60,043 nucleotides of DNA from a bacterium UBP6_UBA1177 (GCA_002310995.1 DBYV01000044.1:25635-85677); one strand, 5' to 3'; counted from the first letter of the stretch, positions 8,792 through 18,980 are shown. The notes: generated from the sequence alone by a model not told the origin. Program-made: numbers and translations.

Positions 8792-10282
8792 ATGAACAGT
8801 GTTTTTAAGCATTTATTCGTTTTTATGTTGTTTTTTGTTCCCGTCTGTCTTGCAGCTGAGGAAAACGAACCTGCGGCGGAAGAGAGTAAGCCGGAAGTCA
8901 GTGATACTGTTGCGGCTTCTGCGGAAAATCCGGCTCAGGCAGAAAAGGCTGAAGAAAGCAAAGATGAGAAAAAAGATGATGGCAGAGGATTCGTTTTTGG
9001 TTCTTACGGCAGAGTCCAGCCGGCAACTGATCTTCGCGGTGGCTCTCCGAAATGGGTGAATATTGTCGGTCACGGCAGCAGGCTTGAACAGTCGAGCTAT
9101 GTCGAACTTGATTTTGCCTATCTTTTCAAGAAAATCGGTGACAACGGTCCGCTTTTTGATTTCGTTTCGACTCTTGCTTTTTCAGAATCGCTTTTCCACG
9201 ACAACGGTAAATGGATAGCTTTGAACACGGTCAGAAACCTTTTTGTCAGGGCTGAAAATGTTTTCTGGAAGCCGCTCGGTTTCTGGGTAGGAAGCAGAAT
9301 GTACCGCGGTGACGACATTTATCTTCTCGACTTCTGGCCTCTTGACGACGACAATATTTATGGTGGCGGCGTGACTCTTCACTTCGATACCTGGGCACTT
9401 GAATACTATTTCGGCTTCAACCGTCTTGAAGTTGACTGGCAGTATCAGGAACAGCAGGTTGTATCCGATACTTTCGGTTCCGAAAGCATAACATGGATGG
9501 ACAGGCAGCGCATTGTCACCGGTCTTAAATATATGCAGAGATACAATATTTCCGAAAAGCTTGGTTTAAAATGGAAGCTGATAGGAGAATTTCAGAGGAT
9601 CAGTGCCGGTGAAAAGAGTAACGATCCTTTGGATGAGGACAACTCAATCATTTATCCCGAGGATTTCGGCTGGTCTCTCGGTGCCCAGCTCGGGCTTTTC
9701 GGTTATGCAAAGAACAGTTTTACCGATATTTTCTTCAAATATTCCGGCGGTCTCGCGGCTTACGGCCTGATGAGCGTTCCGTGGGGCTTCGATTCCGATT
9801 ACAAAACGAAAGATGCGAGAGAGTTGCTTTTTGCGGTCACTTCAAACCTTGAAATCGGCTGGTTCGGCGCTATTTTCGGCGGTTATGTCCGTTCTTTCAG
9901 AGATTCCGACGGCAACAAATACGACAACGACGATTTTGTCGAATACACTTTTTCACTTCGTCCGCATTTCTTCATCCACGAAAATTTCTACCTCGCTTTC
10001 GAAGTTTCGCATCAGCTCAAGGATATGAACGGTCTGACAACGCTTAGCAACGGCGAAACCAAGAGCGCTCGTCCGCAGGTCACGAAATTTTCGCTTATTC
10101 CGATCGTAACTTACGGCGGCGGAAACTACGGCAGACCGCAGCTGCGTTTAGTTTACACTCTCGCAGTTCAGAACGACGACGCCCGCTATTCCTACAACAA
10201 AGAAGACTACCGCGCAAAACACTCGATTCTTCACTATTTCGGCCTCAGCGCCGAGTGGTGGTTCAACGTTGACCACAGATAA
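8792..10282 (+). CDS. LamB/maltoporin-like carbohydrate porin
   Basis: Signal peptide, FGSYGR near the mature start, FWVGSRMYRGDDIYLLDFW resembling the LamB conserved block, beta-strand pattern, terminal AEWWF. ATG 8792 preferred over GTG 8783 by RBS spacing. Confidence 0.7.
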   Translation: MNSVFKHLFVFMLFFVPVCLAAEENEPAAEESKPEVSDTVAASAENPAQAEKAEESKDEKKDDGRGFVFGSYGRVQPATDLRGGSPKWVNIVGHGSRLEQSSYVELDFAYLFKKIGDNGPLFDFVSTLAFSESLFHDNGKWIALNTVRNLFVRAENVFWKPLGFWVGSRMYRGDDIYLLDFWPLDDDNIYGGGVTLHFDTWALEYYFGFNRLEVDWQYQEQQVVSDTFGSESITWMDRQRIVTGLKYMQRYNISEKLGLKWKLIGEFQRISAGEKSNDPLDEDNSIIYPEDFGWSLGAQLGLFGYAKNSFTDIFFKYSGGLAAYGLMSVPWGFDSDYKTKDARELLFAVTSNLEIGWFGAIFGGYVRSFRDSDGNKYDNDDFVEYTFSLRPHFFIHENFYLAFEVSHQLKDMNGLTTLSNGETKSARPQVTKFSLIPIVTYGGGNYGRPQLRLVYTLAVQNDDARYSYNKEDYRAKHSILHYFGLSAEWWFNVDHR

Positions 10283-10360
10283 TTCTTTAAAAAATTCCTA
10301 AAAATTTAATTATGATTATAATAATGCGTTTTTTGTTGATTTAACTTAAGAAGGTGAATT

Positions 10361-10738
10361 ATGAAACTGGTTAAAAAACTACTTTTTATTTTAATTATAG
10401 CTGTGATTGCAGTTATGATTTCATATTTTGCAAGAATGAATGATACAAATGTCACTCTCAATCTGATTTTTGTCTCCGTAAAGGATATCCAGCTCTGGCT
10501 TCTTTCGCTTTTCTGCTTTCTTGCCGGGGTTATTTTTTCAGTTTTGGCTGTCTTTCTTGATATTATTTTCATGTCTGGCAAGGAAAGAAAGTTGCTTAAG
10601 GAGCTTAAAAAACTCAAATCTGAACTTTCGGCTGTCCGTAATGAAAAACTGGACAATATTGATGAGTCCGATTTGTCGGAAAACAGCGACAGACTGCCTG
10701 TGAAAGAGGAATCAAGCGAAAATAAGGAACAAAATTAG
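10361..10738 (+). CDS. LapA-family (DUF1049-like) membrane protein
   Basis: Two hydrophobic segments, N-x-x-x-V-x-L pattern, C-terminal coiled coil; precedes a LapB-like gene. Confidence 0.75.
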   Translation: MKLVKKLLFILIIAVIAVMISYFARMNDTNVTLNLIFVSVKDIQLWLLSLFCFLAGVIFSVLAVFLDIIFMSGKERKLLKELKKLKSELSAVRNEKLDNIDESDLSENSDRLPVKEESSENKEQN

Positions 10739-10747
10739 GAGTTTGTC

Positions 10748-11791
10748 TTGTGGCTTTTTGATCGCTTCAGGAAAAAAAGCAAAAAATATACTTCGACCTA
10801 CAAATTTTCACCTGAAATACAGGAATTCTTTGACGCTCTGAGGGACTGCCATCTGAATAACCGCTCGGAATATTTTGCCGAATTGAAAAAACTTTCAGGC
10901 AATTATCCTGAGGAACCTGTTTTCTGGCTTTTTGCCGGAGATATTCTGCGTGACAAAAATCCGGAAAAAGCTTTGGAACTTCACCGAGATGTCCTTTTCC
11001 GGCCTGTAACAACTGGTGTTTTCAGAGCTATGGTTCTGGAGCATATAGCACGTGATTATATTGTTCTGAAACAGAATAAAAAGGCTGTTTCTGTGCTGAA
11101 AGACGCTGTGAAATGCGCCGATTATGCTCCCGCGTCTCTTCTTCTTTCGGAAGTTTACGAAGCAGAGTGCGACTACGATGCCGCTTTGGAAGAAATCAAG
11201 AGATATATTTCGCTTACTGATCCTAAAAACGATGTTCTTCTGCACCGTTTCTACGCGAGGGCGGCAAACTGTTTCTTTAGATCAAGAACGGAAAACAAAA
11301 ACGGTGCTTTGAAATGGCTTTCGGCTTTTTCAAAAAAATGTGGTGATGAGCAGCAGTCTCTTATTGCAGATTATATCTCGGCCCTTATCAATGCAAATGC
11401 AAAGAAAAGCTCTGAATACCTTAGAAAAATTGTTGATTCAGGTGAAACTAACGAAATTCTTGCCCGCTCGCTTCTTTTGGTTTTTCAGAACGGAAGCGAG
11501 ATAAATTATGGTGCAGAAGGCGCATATAAAGAGTTGTTTCAGGTACTCTTCAACGAGAATCTCAAATACGAAAGCGGTAAATTGAATGTAGGTGAGGATA
11601 CTCTTGTTTCGCACAAACTTACTCTTAGAAATTATCTTGCCGGCGACTTTAAAATTTTAAATGTAGCGATACCTGATCATTCTTTGTTTGTTTGCAGCGA
11701 ATGCGGCAGAAATTTGACTGAAATTTCACCGGTATGTCCTCATTGTCAGAAAATAACAGGTAGAAAATTTAAAATAAATCAGGAGGCTTAA
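10748..11791 (+). CDS. LapB-like TPR protein with C-terminal rubredoxin-type metal site
   Basis: GDILR...ALELH TPR pattern; C-terminal CSECG...CPHC. Confidence 0.7.
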   Translation: MWLFDRFRKKSKKYTSTYKFSPEIQEFFDALRDCHLNNRSEYFAELKKLSGNYPEEPVFWLFAGDILRDKNPEKALELHRDVLFRPVTTGVFRAMVLEHIARDYIVLKQNKKAVSVLKDAVKCADYAPASLLLSEVYEAECDYDAALEEIKRYISLTDPKNDVLLHRFYARAANCFFRSRTENKNGALKWLSAFSKKCGDEQQSLIADYISALINANAKKSSEYLRKIVDSGETNEILARSLLLVFQNGSEINYGAEGAYKELFQVLFNENLKYESGKLNVGEDTLVSHKLTLRNYLAGDFKILNVAIPDHSLFVCSECGRNLTEISPVCPHCQKITGRKFKINQEA

Positions 11792-12955
11792 ATGAAAAAA
11801 CTGCTTTTTGTCCTTTCTCTTCTTTTGATTCTTTCTTCATGTGGAGGAAATTCAAATTCAAACGAAGATGAAACGAATAAGACTAATGAGATGGCTAATT
11901 TCTTTGCAGCATATCTTGATGCTCTTTGCAATGCATCATCAAAGTGCGCTTCAGGATTTGTAAATGCAGAGAACCTCTCTTATTGTCCGAATACAATACT
12001 TAATTCCACCAAGCCTTTTGAAGCTTTTCACAAAGGCGAGTCTGTTATTTTCAAACATAAGTATGAAATGTTAAAAAATGCCGAAGAAATGGGATGGGTG
12101 ACAGTCGATATGACGCAGGCAAAAGAATGTTTTGCACTTGTTTCAAAAATGGAACCCTGCAATCCGCTTGATGTTCAGCTTCTTGATATTCCTGAATGTG
12201 CCAAAGTTTTTAAAGGAACAAAAATTTTGAGAGATGAGTGCTTCCAGGATGAAGAGTGCAAAAACGGCTGGTGCAATATGCGCGGAAGCTTGTGTCCAGG
12301 CACATGTGTAGATTACAAACAACCGGATCAGGGCTGTAATTCATCGCTTGATAAATGCGTTATCGGATACGAATGCCGTTCTTCTGGCTGTTCGAAATCA
12401 AGCACCGGAGCTGTCAACGATCCGTGTGTGAACAACAGCGACTGCACGACTTTCCTTTTCTGCTATGTAAAAGAGGGGGATTCATTCGGAGTATGCCTCA
12501 AGAGAAAAGGCGAAGGACAGGCCTGCACAGACGCTAACGAGTGTGTCGTCGGTTTAAGCTGCGTGGACAACATCTGCACCCGTTCGAGAATAAGCGATAC
12601 CGTGGGTTCTCCGTGCGGCGTTCAGCCTGAGCAGGACGAAGACGGCAACGATATAGTTCTTGAATGCAACCGCTTCTCGAAACTTGAGTGCGGAGCCGGC
12701 AGTGTCTGCCAGAAAATGCCTTCTGATTCAAATCTCCAGTGTTCTGAATTCTGCGATACCGACAGAGGACTTTACTGTGATTCGTCATCGCATACCTGTC
12801 AGTGGCCGAAAACCGCAGGTCTTACCTGCACGAAAAACGAGCAGTGCGCATCATTTTACTGTGCAGTAGTTTCTGACGCCGCAACTGAAGGTGCCGGAGA
12901 AGTTCGAGTTTGTCAGGAGCCTCAATGTCTGCCGTTTGCTGATGAAGAAGAATAA
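11792..12955 (+). CDS. Cys-rich lipoprotein (Dickkopf-like Cys repeats)
   Basis: Signal ending ILSSCGG; repeated C-x4-5-C-x3-4-C units in the C-terminal two thirds. Confidence 0.75.
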   Translation: MKKLLFVLSLLLILSSCGGNSNSNEDETNKTNEMANFFAAYLDALCNASSKCASGFVNAENLSYCPNTILNSTKPFEAFHKGESVIFKHKYEMLKNAEEMGWVTVDMTQAKECFALVSKMEPCNPLDVQLLDIPECAKVFKGTKILRDECFQDEECKNGWCNMRGSLCPGTCVDYKQPDQGCNSSLDKCVIGYECRSSGCSKSSTGAVNDPCVNNSDCTTFLFCYVKEGDSFGVCLKRKGEGQACTDANECVVGLSCVDNICTRSRISDTVGSPCGVQPEQDEDGNDIVLECNRFSKLECGAGSVCQKMPSDSNLQCSEFCDTDRGLYCDSSSHTCQWPKTAGLTCTKNEQCASFYCAVVSDAATEGAGEVRVCQEPQCLPFADEEE

Positions 12956-13487
12956 CTTTTTTATCATTCTTACAATCCTTGTTTTTTCTTTGATTTCCTG
13001 TGCTTCTGCCGACAAAGTTCAGAATCAGGAACAGAGTGAAACTCAGACAGAGCCTGAGCCTCAACCCGTTGAATTAAAGAAGAAACGCTCTCTTGCCGAA
13101 GATATAATTGTTCGTGATATCTACACGAAAGAAGAGTATCCGTTGAGTAAAATCACAATGCATGGTACTGTTTTTATTGAACTTTCTGCAAGCTGGTGTA
13201 AAGCTTGCCCCGAAATGAAGACAACAACGACGAAACTTCTGAGTTACTTCGAAGGAAAAGTCAGTTTTGTGCGGCTTTACCAGTTGAGCGATATTCAGGA
13301 AGATAAGGAATACCGTGATGTTATACCTGAAATGGCGATTGTTTCCTCTCCAAAGGAACTTGCGCTTGAAAAAACCGATGCGATGCCGAGAGTCGTTGTT
13401 TTAAGTAATTCAGGAAGCGAAGTTGTTGCCGATATCACGGGAGTTTATCCGATTCTCTATTATTACGGATTGCTTTCTGAACTCTGA
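12942..13487 (+). CDS. Thioredoxin-like lipoprotein
   Basis: Start reassigned to MKKNNFF (in frame with track ORF 12891); signal ending LISC; WCKAC motif. Confidence 0.7.
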   Translation: MKKNNFFIILTILVFSLISCASADKVQNQEQSETQTEPEPQPVELKKKRSLAEDIIVRDIYTKEEYPLSKITMHGTVFIELSASWCKACPEMKTTTTKLLSYFEGKVSFVRLYQLSDIQEDKEYRDVIPEMAIVSSPKELALEKTDAMPRVVVLSNSGSEVVADITGVYPILYYYGLLSEL

Positions 13488-14420
13488 TTATCTGTCGAAA
13501 TCTTTTTCGAAGCCCACTTTCTGAAGAAGTCTTTCCTTGTCGAACCACTTTTCCTCGACTCTGACGAAAAGACTTAAGCCCACCTGACAGCCGTAAAGTT
13601 CTTCAATATCGTGTCTTGCTAAAGAGCCTATTTTGCCCAAAGTTGCACCTTTTTTACCTAGGACGATTCCTTTCTGGCTGTCTCTCGCGACGTGTATCGT
13701 GGCGTCGATCATCAGAATATCCTTTGTTCTGTGGTCGTGCATCCTTTCGACTGTGACTACGACGGAGTAGGGAAGTTCCTGCGAAAGTTCGAGGAACAGT
13801 TTTTCCCTGATTATTTCCGAAACGAGGAAGTTATCCTCCTGATCGGTCTCCATATCTTCCGGAAAAAGCTGCGGACCCGGCTTGCAGAACTGCTTCAGCC
13901 CTTCGAGAAGCTCTTCTATTCCTAAACCTGTTTTTGCTGAAATCGCGTAAGATGTGGCGAATTTAAAATGCTTTTTGTAAACCGCAATTGTATCGTCTAC
14001 ACGCATTGGTTTTACGGCATCGGCTTTGTTCGCAACGAGTATTACGGGTGTTTTTACGGTAAGGTTTTTAAGAATGTGAGCTTCTTCCTCTCCGATTCCT
14101 TTTTCGGGGTGCTGAGTTGAAACATCAACGAAAAACATGGTGAAATCTGAATCCTGCGCGGCCGAAAAACTGTATTTGTTCATCCAGTTGTTGAGGAGTT
14201 TGCCGAAATCGGTCGAGGTTATTCCCGGAGTGTCAGTGAAGACAATCTGCGTGTCGGGCGCGTTGTAGATCCCGCGGATTTTGTTGCGAGTCGTCTGCGC
14301 TTTCGGGGTGACAATAGAGATCTTCGACTTGACGACTGTGTTCACGAAAGTCGATTTTCCTGAGTTCGGAACGCCGATTATAGCCGCGAATCCAGAGTAT
14401 TTAAGCTCGTTACCCAACAT
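13488..14420 (-). CDS. era: GTPase Era
   Basis: GVPNSGKST, AQTTR, DTPG, NKAD, C-terminal KH domain (SQKGIVLGKKG). Confidence 0.96.
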   Translation of the reverse strand: MLGNELKYSGFAAIIGVPNSGKSTFVNTVVKSKISIVTPKAQTTRNKIRGIYNAPDTQIVFTDTPGITSTDFGKLLNNWMNKYSFSAAQDSDFTMFFVDVSTQHPEKGIGEEEAHILKNLTVKTPVILVANKADAVKPMRVDDTIAVYKKHFKFATSYAISAKTGLGIEELLEGLKQFCKPGPQLFPEDMETDQEDNFLVSEIIREKLFLELSQELPYSVVVTVERMHDHRTKDILMIDATIHVARDSQKGIVLGKKGATLGKIGSLARHDIEELYGCQVGLSLFVRVEEKWFDKERLLQKVGFEKDFDR

Positions 14421-15429
14421 TTTCGTTTTCCTTTTCGCCGGCGCAGTTTTTCATCATGAAGCGTTTGATTTCGTTGATGTCGGAGTATCTTCCCAAAGCG
14501 ACCATCATCTTGACGAGAGTCGCTTCGCGAGTCATGTCGACTGCGCTGATAAGCCCGTAGAAAGCGGCTTTGGAAGCAACTTCATAAAGTCTGAGATTGA
14601 CTTTTCCGATAGGCGACTGGCTGCAGACCGCGATAGGAACGCAGTTTTCGGCCGCATCCTTGAAAAGCTCTTCCAAACCGGGGTTGTCGCTCGGGATGTT
14701 GCCGCTGCCGTAAGCCTCGATGACGATCCCTTTGACCTTTTTGTTTCTAACCATGACCGAGAATGTCGAAAAGTCGATCCCAGGGAAAAACGGGATTATT
14801 ACGACCTCTTCCATGACTCTTGTGTCGATTTCGAATTTCTCGGCTGGCTTAGGCAGAAAGCGGTGTTTCTTGCTCTCCATGCCGATTCCGAGTTTTATGA
14901 GGGTGTTGTAGTTCGGGCTGTAGAAGGCATCAAAATCCCAAGCGTCTTTCTTTTTCGCCCTGTTTCCTCTGAAAACCGTGTGGTTGAAGAGGATTACGAC
15001 TTCGTTGAGACCGCTGTTTATCGCGACTTCCATTGCATCGACAAGGTTCATGAAAGCATCGCTGCGCCTGTCAATGAGCGGAAGCTGGGCTCCAGTCATG
15101 ACGACAGGTTTGCCTAGATTTTTCAGCATGAAAGACAGGGCTGAAGCAGTGTAGGCCATCGTGTCGGTGCCGTGGATTACGACAAAACCGTCGTATAAAT
15201 CGTAGTTTTTCGCGATATGTTCAGCTATCTGAACCCAGTGTACAGGCCTGAAAAGCGATGAATCGAGGTTGAAAAGCTGCTCCTGAACTATCTCGGCGTC
15301 AAAAAGCGGTTTGATTTTATCCGAGATGTAATCAAGTGCGTAATTTCCGGGTGTCAGAAACCCATGTTCGTTAGATTCCATAACAAAAGTTCCGCCCGTG
15401 TGGATGATAAGTATTTTTTTCTGAGTCAT
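14410..15429 (-). CDS. ansA: Type I L-asparaginase
   Basis: HTGGT, HGTDTMAYTAS, TGAQ, EAYGSGN motifs; no signal peptide. Confidence 0.9.
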   Translation of the reverse strand: MTQKKILIIHTGGTFVMESNEHGFLTPGNYALDYISDKIKPLFDAEIVQEQLFNLDSSLFRPVHWVQIAEHIAKNYDLYDGFVVIHGTDTMAYTASALSFMLKNLGKPVVMTGAQLPLIDRRSDAFMNLVDAMEVAINSGLNEVVILFNHTVFRGNRAKKKDAWDFDAFYSPNYNTLIKLGIGMESKKHRFLPKPAEKFEIDTRVMEEVVIIPFFPGIDFSTFSVMVRNKKVKGIVIEAYGSGNIPSDNPGLEELFKDAAENCVPIAVCSQSPIGKVNLRLYEVASKAAFYGLISAVDMTREATLVKMMVALGRYSDINEIKRFMMKNCAGEKENENVG

Positions 15430-15453
15430 AGCTCCCTCCTTTGCTGAAAGAGG

Positions 15454-15481
15454 AATTTATATGATATTTTTTTTATTGCAA
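15454..15481 (-). promoter_or_regulatory. Sigma70-like promoter for the asparaginase-era operon
   Basis: TTGCAA-N16-TAAATT on the minus strand. Confidence 0.5.
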
Positions 15482-15558
15482 TAGTTTGTTTCTTCAAAAA
15501 CCTTTTTTTAAAATGATTTTTCAATATACTTTCGCGTTATTTGTTTTTAGAGGTTTTG

Positions 15559-16158
15559 ATGGAACAGAAAAAAACGCTTGCGCTTTTCGATTTCGATAAA
15601 ACTATAACCGACAGGGATTCCTTCCTTCCGTTCATGCTTTTTGCATTCGGTTATTTGTGGACGATATGGATTTTTATTGTTTTTTTTCCGATGGGACTCA
15701 TCTGTTTTGCCGGCTTCATACCGCGTAAAAAATTTAAGGAGATGATTTTCAGACACACGATAAAAGGGTGGACAAAAGAGAAATTTCACGATGTTGCGCT
15801 CGATTTTTATCAGAAAAAGATGCGTTCATGGGTTAGAAAATCTGCTGCGGACGAGATAAAAAAACATCTTGAAAACGGTGCCGATGTATCGCTTGTTTCG
15901 GCTTCTCCCGAAGATTGGTTGTGGCCTTTTACCGATGAATACGGTATCAACCTGATAGGAACGAGACTGGAAATAAAAGACGGCGTCTACACTGGCAACA
16001 TTGTTGGTGGCAACTGTCGCAAAGCAGAGAAGGTGAAGAGAGTCAAAGAAGTTTACGATGTCGAAAGTTATTCAGATATCTATGCTTACGGCGATTCAAG
16101 AGGTGATAAGGAAATGCTCGAGATGTCAAACCATCCCCATTTCAGATTTTTCAATTAA
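15559..16158 (+). CDS. HAD-IB family phosphatase
   Basis: FDFDKT motif I, VSAS motif II, AYGDSRGD motif IV; ATG 15559 preferred. Confidence 0.88.
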   Translation: MEQKKTLALFDFDKTITDRDSFLPFMLFAFGYLWTIWIFIVFFPMGLICFAGFIPRKKFKEMIFRHTIKGWTKEKFHDVALDFYQKKMRSWVRKSAADEIKKHLENGADVSLVSASPEDWLWPFTDEYGINLIGTRLEIKDGVYTGNIVGGNCRKAEKVKRVKEVYDVESYSDIYAYGDSRGDKEMLEMSNHPHFRFFN

Positions 16159-17816
16159 TTTTTCTTTCTGATTTCGTCTGCGATTTTTCTTGTCATATCG
16201 ACAGGGTGGTAATTTGCGAAAATACCGGAAACTTTGAGTGCGTTTGCTGCGATAGTCGTATTTTTATCAACTGAATACTGTGAGAAAAAGTAAAAAGGAA
16301 TCTCTGAAATCTCTTTTTTGTGCTTGATTGCGGCGAGGAGACGCAGAGGAGTGATTGCTGTATTGGTCATGTCGATATCACAGAGAATAAAGCCGAGATG
16401 ATCCTTTTCTTCTTTTATTATCTGAGCGGCTTTTTCTATAGTTTTTGCTTTTATAACCTCAATATTTAATCTGCTGAACTTGTCGGCTATATCGTCAAGG
16501 TCGAATTTTTTCTGGGAGATAACAATTGATGTGATTTTTTTCAAGGAAGAATTTGCTTCAGAAATCTGTTGGGTCTGTTCAAGTGCATTTATGATTCTGT
16601 CGCTGAAGAACATCGTTTCTTTCAGCTGTTTCAGCGCATCTTTTGGCGGAATGTTTGAAATTCTAGTCATAAAGTCGTAAGTGTTGGCAAGAAGCAGAAT
16701 CTGTGAGCCGACAGGAATTTCATTCAGTTTGAGATTGCGCGGAAAACCTTGCCCGTTGTAGGTTTCGTACATATTTTCAAGGCAGTTTAGCGCAAGTTTT
16801 GAAAGCTGGACATCCGCAAAAAGTTTTGTAGCTATCTGCGAATAAGTCTTCATTTTATCTGTGTTTGTCTGATTTTTTATGTCGATAGCGGTAAGATGGA
16901 GTTTTTTGCCGACATCGTGAAGGTAAGCTGCGATCGTGAGGTCGTAAATCTCGACTTCCGAAAGGTGTATTGCTTCGCCGATTTCCTTGCAGAGGATAGC
17001 GACTCTCTGCGAGTGAGCGAAGTATGCGTCACCGTGGGTTGCTACATCGAGAAGATTGGAGAATATGCGTAGAAGTTCGATAAGCTGGTTTCCCTGTTCT
17101 CTGACCCAGCTCGGCATATTGCTCATCATCGAAGTCGTTACAGCGGTAACATCCACTTTTGTGCCAGAAAGCTCCGCCTTATTGACAATCATCGAAAATG
17201 TTTCTCTTCCTTCCTGGCGAAGTTTATCCTCATCCATCGTCGCGATATCCTGAATCCTGTTCGCCACATCGACATCGTTAGGATTATCGAGACTTATAAT
17301 CGTTTCATTAGCGAACATATTGTGATTTACCGAAACAGAATTTCTGACAAGTCTGTCGAAAGCGGTAATATCGTTGTTATACTGCTTCATAATCAAAGCT
17401 TTGATGACGTTCGAAGTAGCAACGACCGGAACGACGGTATGAACTCCGTTTAGAAGTATTTTAAGTTCATCAAAAAGCACAATGTTCTGCGGTTCGTAGG
17501 TGAGAAGTGTTAGACGGTAGTTGTTGATGCTGTATTTCAAGGGGAAAATGGTTTTGTCCATTGCCATTTTCACAGGGATAATATCGGAAGGGTTCATAAC
17601 CGCCATTTTTTCAAGCTTTTCGCTAGAGATATACTGTACATTGAACTGCTTCGAAAGATATTGCAATAGTTCTGCTTCCGGTATTTTGCCGAGTTTGAGG
17701 AGAATTTCTCCAAGGTATGTGGGGTGTGATTTCTGAAAATTCAAAGCTAACGAAATATCAGTTTCAGAAATAAGTCCTTTATCTAAAAAATATTCTCCGA
17801 CTTTCATGCCCGCCAT
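16155..17816 (-). CDS. MshEN (T2SSE_N) + degenerate HD-GYP + receiver-like signalling protein
   Basis: Tandem MshEN motifs at the N-terminus; HSQRVA...HDVGK...YETYNGQGFP; C-terminal FILCDIDM. Start MAGMKVG at 17816 with a GGAG RBS. Confidence 0.75.
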   Translation of the reverse strand: MAGMKVGEYFLDKGLISETDISLALNFQKSHPTYLGEILLKLGKIPEAELLQYLSKQFNVQYISSEKLEKMAVMNPSDIIPVKMAMDKTIFPLKYSINNYRLTLLTYEPQNIVLFDELKILLNGVHTVVPVVATSNVIKALIMKQYNNDITAFDRLVRNSVSVNHNMFANETIISLDNPNDVDVANRIQDIATMDEDKLRQEGRETFSMIVNKAELSGTKVDVTAVTTSMMSNMPSWVREQGNQLIELLRIFSNLLDVATHGDAYFAHSQRVAILCKEIGEAIHLSEVEIYDLTIAAYLHDVGKKLHLTAIDIKNQTNTDKMKTYSQIATKLFADVQLSKLALNCLENMYETYNGQGFPRNLKLNEIPVGSQILLLANTYDFMTRISNIPPKDALKQLKETMFFSDRIINALEQTQQISEANSSLKKITSIVISQKKFDLDDIADKFSRLNIEVIKAKTIEKAAQIIKEEKDHLGFILCDIDMTNTAITPLRLLAAIKHKKEISEIPFYFFSQYSVDKNTTIAANALKVSGIFANYHPVDMTRKIADEIRKKN

Positions 17817-17860
17817 AATGCAACTCCATATCAAGAATCACTTTCAAAAAATAACACAGT

Positions 17861-17888
17861 ATTATAGATATAAAAAATTTTAAATCAA
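17861..17888 (-). promoter_or_regulatory. Sigma70-like promoter for the MshEN/HD gene
   Basis: TTGATT-N16-TATAAT on the minus strand, followed by a T-tract. Confidence 0.6.
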
Positions 17889-17898
17889 GTAACCTGTT

Positions 17899-18816
17899 TT
17901 AATTATTCTCCAGGAATTTAACTGCTGCTTCATGCATTTCCATAATCAAATCCTCTTTCCCGGAACAAATAAGCATTTTGTCCGTGCCGCTTTTGAAGAA
18001 AAGTTCCGTTTTCTCTTTTGCCGAAAAGACATCAAGTGCATGCATTTCAATGTCGTCGGTCATCGAAACGCCGATGAACCCTGTATCTTTGCGGAGAATC
18101 TTGTCCCATTCCGGGGAAAGTGAAGCCGGAAGGTTGCTGATTTCCGGCAGAAGAAGATGGGCTTTCATTACAAATCCGGCAGCGTTCGCAAGTTTTCTGT
18201 AAGGGAACATATCTTCGTTGAAAAGTTCTTTGAAAGGTTTGTTTATGAGCGGAAGTTCGGAGTGGGAGTCGATTACCGTCGTTCCGTGTCCCGGAAAGTG
18301 CTTTATCACCGGAAAAACGCCGTGTTCCTGCATTTTTTTGATGTAGATTCCGGCAAAATCAACGACTGTTTCGGGATTTTCACTGAAAGACCTGTCTCCG
18401 ACTATAGAATTGTCTTCGCCGCTTCTAAGATCGACATTAGGTGCCATGTTCATATTTATACCAATTTCATTTAGTTTTTGAGCCAGAACGGCTATTTTTT
18501 CTGCGGCAATCTCTTTGCCGTAAGTTACAAGTTCTTTCATCGAAGGAAGGGAATAATCACCTTTCGGAAGTCTGCGTACTCTTCCTCCTTCTTCATCTAT
18601 CGAGTGAAATTCGATTGACTCACAGAATTTTGTTGATTTTATTAAACTTTCAAGCGATTCACAGGTTTCGACATTTCTTTTGAAATAGATTATTCCGCAC
18701 GGTGACACTTCACGCAGCATCGACATTTCGCTTTTTGTGAGCGAACTTCCGGAAAGTGAGACGAACATACGGTTCCCAGCTTCTTTTTTCAGTCTTTCAA
18801 GTTTCGGTGATATCAT
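17899..18816 (-). CDS. nagZ: Beta-N-acetylhexosaminidase (GH3)
   Basis: IDEEGGRVRR, NMAPNVD, KHFPGHG...DSH, TDDIEM; ATG 18816 with a GGAGG RBS. Confidence 0.9.
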   Translation of the reverse strand: MISPKLERLKKEAGNRMFVSLSGSSLTKSEMSMLREVSPCGIIYFKRNVETCESLESLIKSTKFCESIEFHSIDEEGGRVRRLPKGDYSLPSMKELVTYGKEIAAEKIAVLAQKLNEIGINMNMAPNVDLRSGEDNSIVGDRSFSENPETVVDFAGIYIKKMQEHGVFPVIKHFPGHGTTVIDSHSELPLINKPFKELFNEDMFPYRKLANAAGFVMKAHLLLPEISNLPASLSPEWDKILRKDTGFIGVSMTDDIEMHALDVFSAKEKTELFFKSGTDKMLICSGKEDLIMEMHEAAVKFLENN

Positions 18817-18840
18817 TTTACCCTCCAAAAAAATCTGGAA

Positions 18841-18868
18841 AATATAGCCGAAAGGATTTTCTCTGCAA
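18841..18868 (-). promoter_or_regulatory. Sigma70-like promoter for nagZ
   Basis: TTGCAG-N16-TATATT on the minus strand. Confidence 0.5.
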
Positions 18869-18980
18869 ATTTTGCGGATATATTTTGTTCTGTGATTGAA
18901 AAATTTTATCTTAGATTTGACAAATATAAATAGTTTGATAATATCTAAATTGTTTGTTGATTGCTTGTGAGGTTAAAATA

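Noticed and set aside
14281-15117. 278-aa plus-strand ORF
   Set aside because: Antisense shadow of the asparaginase and era genes.
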